From contig CAMEUL010000001.1 of the NCBI GenBank assembly GCA_945938205.1, positions 1-33,820 on the forward strand: a stretch of DNA of 33,820 nucleotides, read 5' to 3'. How positions within the stretch are numbered: position 1 is the stretch's first letter; each line of letters starts with the position of its first letter. This DNA is from an uncultured Traorella sp. GTDB taxonomy: Bacteria; Bacillota_I; Bacilli_A; Erysipelotrichales; Erysipelotrichaceae. The position numbers were made by a program, and so were the translations under genes. Below are positions 28,038-33,820 of the stretch, piece after piece. Under the pieces are notes generated by a model. The model saw only the letters and a program-made list of their open reading frames with translations, was not told where the DNA came from and did not search any database.

Positions 28038-28070
28038 ATGTCCTTTTGTTGTCCTTTGGTTTGTATAATA
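28038..28070 (+). promoter_or_regulatory. Tandem-repeat promoter, type A (upstream of EamA-MATE)
   Basis: ATGTCCT-tttg-TTGTCCT-N8-TATAAT; near-identical to 15861-15892. Confidence 0.8.
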
Positions 28071-28282
28071 TTACTAATTAAAAGTTTGGGTGATTTGTTA
28101 TGTGGGCTAGTTGTTTGTTGATTAGTATTTTATTATGGAGCGTTACAAGTATTTTTTATAAAAAAGGTGCATATAAGGATGATTAAAGTGGTCCCCTTGT
28201 CAAGGACAAAAATAAAAAAAGAACTTTAAAAGAATAAATAAAAGAATTATCCTCCTGTTGAAGTGAATAGGAGGAATTTTTT

Positions 28283-28552
28283 ATGGAATATAAATGTAAA
28301 TGGTATTTGTCTGATGGAAGTGTTTTGAGAGGTAAAACAGCTGCTAAATATTTACATACAAAGCTAAAGAACTATGAGAGATTGATTGAAGATGTGGATT
28401 GTGTCCTGTCTAGATCTTTGAAATCCAATCATATTGTAGAAGAAAATACTTTAGCTAATACAGTCATGTCTACCGGCGAAACTTTGTCCATTATTCAAAT
28501 AGAACTTGAATTATTGTTAGAAAGGGTGTCTTGTGTTTTGGAAGATTCCTGA
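28283..28552 (+). CDS. Hypothetical 89-aa passenger ORF inside the IS
   Basis: Strong RBS AGGAGG before ATG; no recognised motif; overlaps the 3' end of orfB on the opposite strand. Confidence 0.5.
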   Translation: MEYKCKWYLSDGSVLRGKTAAKYLHTKLKNYERLIEDVDCVLSRSLKSNHIVEENTLANTVMSTGETLSIIQIELELLLERVSCVLEDS

Positions 28553-29607
28553 TTTCGAGCATCCTTGACCTTTTTGATCTTTTCTTTGATCTTATCAGGT
28601 TCTTTGATATATTCTTTCAGTGGATAGTTTCCTGTCTGATAATATTCATAAAATTCATTTGGAGATAACTTGGCCAAATTGTATTGGTATCTTTCATTAT
28701 TATAGTAGTCAATATAATCATCAATGATTTCCTTAAGTTCTTCAAATGTTTCTATATCCTTGAAATTCTCACCAATCTCATCCTTCATATGTCCAAAAAA
28801 GGATTCTTGTGGTGCATTGTCCCAACAGTTTCCTCGTCTTGACATCGATCGTCGAATTTCTTTATCTTCCAATAGATCGATGAATTGTATTGAGGAATAA
28901 TGTGCCCCTTGATCTGAATGTATTAATGCATCTGTATGTATCTTTTCTTTATGATTTTCAAATAGTTGATTCACTGTTTCTAAAACAAATTCTTCTTCCA
29001 TCGACAGTGACAAGACGTATGCAAGTATCTGCTTTGCAAAGGCATCTTTGATGACCGATAGATAAGTTTTCGTCCTTTTTTGCGAAAAGTAAAAATAAGT
29101 TATATCCGTCAATAAGACATATCCTGGCCCATAATCTTCAAAATGCCTATCTAATAGATTTTCTGCATAATTGGATGTTCTTATCGCTTTCATCATTCTT
29201 CGATATGGATTAGCTTTACGTATCGGGCAGAGCAGATGATATTTTTTCATCAATCTGGATATCTTCTTTTCGTTCATGACGATTCCTTTATGCAATAGCC
29301 GCATTCGTATGCCTCGTCTTCCTTTATCTATTCCTTTATGTTTGTAAGCATCCAATATCAAATCGAAATCTTTTTCATCTTGTTTTTCTTTCTTTTTCAT
29401 GTATGATTCTGGATTTTTCTTTGAGTTTATCCATGCATAATAACCACTTTTGGATACTCCTGCTGCCTCACAAAGATAGGCTATTGTAAGTGTATTGCCC
29501 TTTGATTGCAATGTCCTATTGATCAGTTCGTATTTTTCTCTTGCTCCTTTATCCTTTGCATCTTGGATAGTTGCTTTCTGTTGATAGATCTGACTCTTTT
29601 TAAAAAA
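28495..29607 (-). CDS. IS3-family OrfB DDE transposase (frame open from 29607; TTG at 29511)
   Basis: LLTDITY, HSDQGAHY, SMSRRGNCWDNAPQESFF, YIDYYNNER. Confidence 0.95.
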   Translation of the reverse strand, partial: FFKKSQIYQQKATIQDAKDKGAREKYELINRTLQSKGNTLTIAYLCEAAGVSKSGYYAWINSKKNPESYMKKKEKQDEKDFDLILDAYKHKGIDKGRRGIRMRLLHKGIVMNEKKISRLMKKYHLLCPIRKANPYRRMMKAIRTSNYAENLLDRHFEDYGPGYVLLTDITYFYFSQKRTKTYLSVIKDAFAKQILAYVLSLSMEEEFVLETVNQLFENHKEKIHTDALIHSDQGAHYSSIQFIDLLEDKEIRRSMSRRGNCWDNAPQESFFGHMKDEIGENFKDIETFEELKEIIDDYIDYYNNERYQYNLAKLSPNEFYEYYQTGNYPLKEYIKEPDKIKEKIKKVKDARNQESSKTQDTLSNNNSSSI

Positions 29608-29969
29608 TCATTCTCTTGTTGGAGAATTTTGTTTTTATGTTTCAAACGTGCGATTTGTTCTTCCGGTGTTAGATCTTTTGTGATGGGTCTTCCACTATTG
29701 CCTTTGCGTGTATCCTTGAATCCTGCTGATCGTTCAGCTTCCTTTTTGATGCGATAAGTAAAATTATTTCTTCGCTTATTATCTATAACTTTTAGATCAA
29801 ACCCATATTTATAGAAGATCATCGACGGAGACATTCCACTTTGATAGTCATTCCAGAATAGTTCCTTAAAAGTCTCACTGTAATTGATATAATTCTCAGT
29901 TACACTTGTAACATATGGATTTCCTTTTAAATGTTCAATTTGTTCTTGTGTGAATTTCTTTACTGCCAT
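29523..29969 (-). CDS. IS3-family OrfA (HTH)
   Basis: L..NPYV..V....I.YS..FK, zipper-like EEQIARLKHKNKILQQENDFLK; overlaps orfB in -1 frame. Confidence 0.88.
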   Translation of the reverse strand: MAVKKFTQEQIEHLKGNPYVTSVTENYINYSETFKELFWNDYQSGMSPSMIFYKYGFDLKVIDNKRRNNFTYRIKKEAERSAGFKDTRKGNSGRPITKDLTPEEQIARLKHKNKILQQENDFLKRVRSINRKQLSKMQRIKEQEKNTN

Positions 29970-30956
29970 CTTTATTTCTGCTCCTTACCAATAGTTTACC
30001 AAAAAGAAAGAACCCTGTAAGTAGGGTTCCGTTATTTTATCTCTTTTTTTGGTTGTCCTATTTACAGGGTCCATTTTAGATCGATATATCCATTTAAAAT
30101 TTTCGGTGATTACAGGACTTCTATGTTTTATTATAGCTTTATGTTACATTGTCATTCGAGAAGAATCCTTTTCGATATGGGAAAGTGCAATTCGATTCTG
30201 GCCAATGACTTTGTTTGGAATTATCTATGCTATCGGAAACACTTTTACCTTTAAAGGTTTTTTGTATAATGATGTATTCGTAATTGCTCCTATTGAAAAT
30301 ACAGCCAATGGTTCTTATGTCTTGATCTTGATTATAATGTATGTGTTGCTGGGTCGTGTTAATTCCGTTTGGGAAGTGTTAACACCATATAAAATTATTG
30401 GAATTCTATGTATTTGTGCAGGTATTGCATTCCTTGCTTTTGTTCAGCATCAACAGGCGAAATCTTCGGGTAATTATGAAAGATTTAAAGCAGGGGCATC
30501 AGCACTGATCTTTCCATTGCTTTTTTCAATGATGGATGGTCTTGAAACAGTCGTCAGTGGCTTATGTTTGGATAAAACATTCGGATTCGCCATGCCGGAA
30601 GGAGACAGCATTATTATCGGCGGAATGGAATATGCTTTCTTTGCTTTGATTTTCTGGATCTACATTAGTATCAAGGAAAAGAAATTATTCAATCCTGTCT
30701 CAAAAAAATATATGCTTTTTTTCGGTGGTGCTTTATGTGATAACATTGCCATTGTATCATATTCATATGCAATGGCGATTGATTCTGTGGCAACAGATCC
30801 CATTCTTGCTGTTTATCCCGTGATTACGATATTGCTGTCAAGAATTCTATTAAAAGAGAAACTTTCAAAGAAACAGTATTTGTGTTTGGTGTTGTTGCTT
30901 GTAGGAAGTTTCATGATCGTTATTGAACAGATAATGTAAGTATTGAAAGGGATAGT

Positions 30957-32660
30957 ATGAAAAAGTGTTTTTCCAATAAAAAATTTCGATCGTTGCTCTT
31001 GACGGGATCTTTTACCGTTATCATACAGTATTTGATGATCCTTTCTGATACGATTATCATAGGAAATATATTAGGTGAACAGGAACTTGCCGCCGTTAAT
31101 GTGATCAAGCCTGTTCAATCTTTTGTTATCTTTGTTACTTCTTTGATCAGTATTGGTACGTCAGTTTATTATTCATATGAAATAGGTAAATTCAATAAAA
31201 ATCGAGCTGATTGTATTTTTGGAGAAGGAATTTTTCTTGCGACATTATCAGGCATTCTGCTTTTTTTGGCAGGAGTATATGGAAATGATATTTATTTCAA
31301 TTATCTAAATATTTCTTCTCAAGTGAGAATGGGTGCTTTTAATTACTATTTCTATTATCAGTTTGTAATCCTTCTTCTACCTTTTTATACTGTCTTGCTT
31401 GAACTTGTTTATGCTGATGGTGATGAATGGATCTGTAATATTTCAAGTGTCGTTCAAATCCTTGTGAATATTCTTTTTTCTGTTTTGTTGTGCTATCGAA
31501 TTGGTATTTTGGGAGTAGGATTAGGTTCTTTATTTGGAATGATTTCAAGCATAGCGATCTTGTTAATTCATTTTATGAGAAAACAGAATACTCTTCATTT
31601 TGTCTTACATTTCAATTATCAGGATATTTTAAATATAATAAGATGTGGAATGACAGATTCAAGTGCTTATTTATTTATGGGAATGACTTCTTTTGCTACA
31701 TCAAAATTCGTGCTAACTAATTTTGGTGAATATTATTTACCGATTCTACTTGTTGTTTTTGATATTATTGAATTAACGCTTGTCTTTGATGGAATTGGAC
31801 AGGCAGTCACACCAATCATCAATGTATATCGAGGAGAAAAGAATCATGCTGGTATTCGAAGGATCATGAGGACGTCTTTGATGTATGCAACTGCAGAAGG
31901 AATAGGTCTATCTATATTGCTATACTTTTTTGGCGAGAATGTGGCAGTACTGCTTGGACTTTCAGATGCTGAATTGATTGAAATCAGCAGTGTTGCTATA
32001 CGTTTGGTCAGTCCGTTCTTTTTCTGTTCTGGGATCTTGTTCTTAGGAACAACCTATTACATGATCATTCAGAAAGAAATTCTTGCGACAGTGATTACCG
32101 GTGTGAAAGATGCTCTGATTCCAATTACTTTTATCTGCATATTTGGTCTTTTCTTTGGCATTCATGGAGTATGGATTGGTTTAGGTCTGTCTCCGTTTGT
32201 TTCTGTTGTTTTAATTTCTCTGTATATCTTGATGCGTTATGGAAAAGAAAAGTTTCCTTTGCTTTTGGAGAAAGATGATCGAGAAATCTATATCTATGAT
32301 ATTGAATTGAATTAACAAAATATTCTAGATCTCAGAGATCAAGTAGAACATCTTCTTTTGGAAAAAAATATTCAGCGAAAAAGCATTCATCAAGTTATGT
32401 TGTATATTGAAGAAGTTGGCATACTGATTTATGAAAAAAACAAAGGAAAGAAAACTTTATGTGAATGTAGCATTATTCTTGGTGATGACATTGAAATCAT
32501 TCTTCGAGATGACGGCATTATATTTGATCTGACTGATCCGGATAATTCAATTGAATCACTTAGAGGTTATGTAGTGGCCCATCTCATGTTGCATCTGCCA
32601 AACAGATTTAATCTTATGACAACAGGATATAATCGCAATATGTTTAGATTCAACAAATAG
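30957..32660 (+). pseudogene. MATE family transporter with C-terminal HATPase-like domain, separated by in-frame TAA at 32313-32315
   Basis: DTIIIGNILG..LAAV, NILFS..L, GI.GVW MATE motifs; DIELN*QNILDLRDQVE.. continues in frame into ORF 32358-32660 (IEE, LRDDGIIFD). The transporter part itself is complete. Confidence 0.82.
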
Positions 32661-32677
32661 ATCCGTTTTATGAATAA

Positions 32678-32728
32678 TAAAATCCCATCTTTATAGATAA
32701 TGATATCTACTTTGGTGGGATTGATTTA
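32678..32728. terminator. Hairpin between convergent genes (possible bidirectional terminator)
   Basis: AATCCCATC..TAGATA-ATGA-TATCTA..GGTGGGATT. Confidence 0.5.
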
Positions 32729-32741
32729 TATAGTTTCACTT

Positions 32742-33557
32742 TTAAAGAAGTTTCATCACATGCTTTTCCATGAAGTCAGCCCAACCGTCATCATCACAAG
32801 ACTTTTCTGTGATCATATCAGCAATCGCCTTAGTATCCTCACTTCCATTGATCATACAGACACCTGTACCTGCTACTTTCAGCATTTCATTGTCATTGGT
32901 GGTATCACCAAAAGCCATCACATTTTCCAGTGGTATGTTTTGCATTTCAAAGACATTTTTTAATGCATAGGATTTATTGATTCTCTTATCACAAAATTCC
33001 ATCAGCCCAGGTTGTGTCTTAAATCCCACAAAATGATCCGATGGGTGTTCATTGACCCATTTTTCCACTTCAGGCATGATTTCTTCATCAACACGGAACA
33101 TAATTTTCGCAGTTTCTTCTGCATAAAGATCTTCTTCCTTTTCCACAATTTCTACAGGGAGCGAAGTTAGTGAAGCGTACAGTCGAACCATCTCATCATC
33201 TTTTAGAAATAGCTGTGAATTATTTCGATAGACGGATGGATTGGTATCAAAGTGCGACATCAGATCGATCGTTTCCTTGATCCATTCTTTTTTCAGAACA
33301 TAATAATTGTATTCTTTCTGATGGATACCATCCCATAAGGATGATCCATTTAATGCAATCAGAACATCAAAATCGTCATATCCCCAACTTTTCATTGAAT
33401 AACGGATCTGATAGAGAGGTCTTCCTGAAGCAACTCCAAAATATACTCCATTGTTTCTTAATGTATCAATCATTTCTTTTGCTTTTGGAGTCAATGTCTG
33501 ATGTTTGACAATAAGGGTTGAATCTAAATCGCAGATCACAAGTTTTGGCTTATTCAT
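32742..33557 (-). CDS. Cof-like HAD-IIB hydrolase
   Basis: CDLDSTL, ASGRP, NG, NKSYAL, AFGDTTNDNEML; RBS GGGGTGA favours ATG33557. Confidence 0.92.
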   Translation of the reverse strand: MNKPKLVICDLDSTLIVKHQTLTPKAKEMIDTLRNNGVYFGVASGRPLYQIRYSMKSWGYDDFDVLIALNGSSLWDGIHQKEYNYYVLKKEWIKETIDLMSHFDTNPSVYRNNSQLFLKDDEMVRLYASLTSLPVEIVEKEEDLYAEETAKIMFRVDEEIMPEVEKWVNEHPSDHFVGFKTQPGLMEFCDKRINKSYALKNVFEMQNIPLENVMAFGDTTNDNEMLKVAGTGVCMINGSEDTKAIADMITEKSCDDDGWADFMEKHVMKLL

Positions 33558-33639
33558 ATTATCACCCCAAAGTATCATAGCACAAACATATTTGTTATTC
33601 TTGTCAAAGTTTGAACAGTAGATATTTTATATAAAAATC

Positions 33640-33668
33640 TAGACTGATTGTATGTTTTATGATATCCT
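33640..33668 (+). promoter_or_regulatory. Probable sigma-A promoter of tRNA-Ala
   Basis: TAGACT-N17-TATCCT with TG extension. Confidence 0.5.
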
Positions 33669-33680
33669 ATATAAGTACTT

Positions 33681-33756
33681 GGGGTTTTAGCTCAGTTGGG
33701 AGAGCGCTACGCTGGCAGCGTAGAGGTCAGGGGTTCGAACCCCCTAAGCTCCACCA
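33681..33756 (+). tRNA. tRNA-Ala(GGC)
   Basis: 76-nt cloverleaf; anticodon arm CTACG-CT-GGC-AG-CGTAG; G3:U70; TTCGA T-loop; encoded CCA. Confidence 0.97.
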
Positions 33757-33820
33757 AATTACATATAAGAGGCTGTAACGAAATAGAAAAATTTCGAAGA
33801 TGAAATTCATTCTGTAGAGG

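Larger units (their letters stand above)
28184..30078 (-). mobile_element. IS3-family (IS150-like) insertion sequence, 1895 bp
   Basis: Imperfect terminal IRs TAAAGTGGTCCCCTTGTCAAGGACAA / TAAAATGGACCCTGTAAATAGGACAA; GAT direct repeat at 28181-28183 and 30079-30081; orfA/orfB. Confidence 0.93.
28100..30939 (+). pseudogene. EamA/DMT family transporter interrupted by IS (28100-28183 + 30082-30939; 313 aa when rejoined)
   Basis: MWASCLLISILLWSVTSIFYKKGAYKDD joins in frame to RYIHLKFSVITG... after removing the IS and one GAT; C-term PVITILLSRILLKEKL..Q EamA signature. Confidence 0.88.

Noticed and set aside
28203-30059. TTGTCCT heptamer of type A promoters also occurs in both IS inverted repeats (possible IR-guided targeting or regulator binding)
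   Set aside because: Single copies without tandem partner or correctly spaced -10, and the insertion is over 100 bp from the promoter repeats; likely coincidence.
24447-32315. Two in-frame TAA codons suggesting stop-codon reassignment
   Set aside because: TAA is the normal terminator of eno, murQ, secG and many other genes here; no suppressor tRNA in the window.
32700-32970. Plus-strand ORFs 32700-32963 and 32770-32970
   Set aside because: Antisense to the Cof hydrolase; no supporting signals.
33728-33759. attR of an element integrated in tmRNA
   Set aside because: The match is part of a complete tRNA-Ala, has 3 mismatches, and no integrase or phage genes are present; kept only as a weak finding.

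Overview
Low-GC Firmicute chromosome segment (Erysipelotrichaceae-like, inferred from protein style only). 1-9.5 kb is mostly housekeeping: end of a liv ABC operon, a CBS-ACT protein, eno, a class D-type flavodiiron protein, and secG-rnr-(CapA lipoprotein)-smpB-ssrA (tmRNA 9088-9463). Between tmRNA and tRNA-Ala(GGC) (33681-33756) lies about 24 kb of accessory signalling genes. These include an S-component-like/GGDEF cyclase and two paralogous LytS-type kinase + SARP-like response regulator pairs. A long operon opens with a RelA/SpoT alarmone synthetase coupled to an HD alarmone-hydrolase/guanine-deaminase fusion, followed by a QueT-like/HAMP/PP2C/anti-sigma-kinase fusion, a STAS protein with no sigma factor nearby, membrane proteins and MscS. 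Further on are a CPBP protease, an EamA gene and a MATE-HATPase fusion. Four promoters in this region share one exact geometry (TTG-heptamer-N4-heptamer-N8-[-10]), which suggests a self-contained regulon of the two regulators centred on guanine-nucleotide signalling; this is the best candidate for an undescribed system. A 1895-bp IS3-family element with TA..TA ends, a 3-bp target duplication, a predicted junction promoter and a passenger ORF interrupts the EamA gene. Four other genes carry single lesions.
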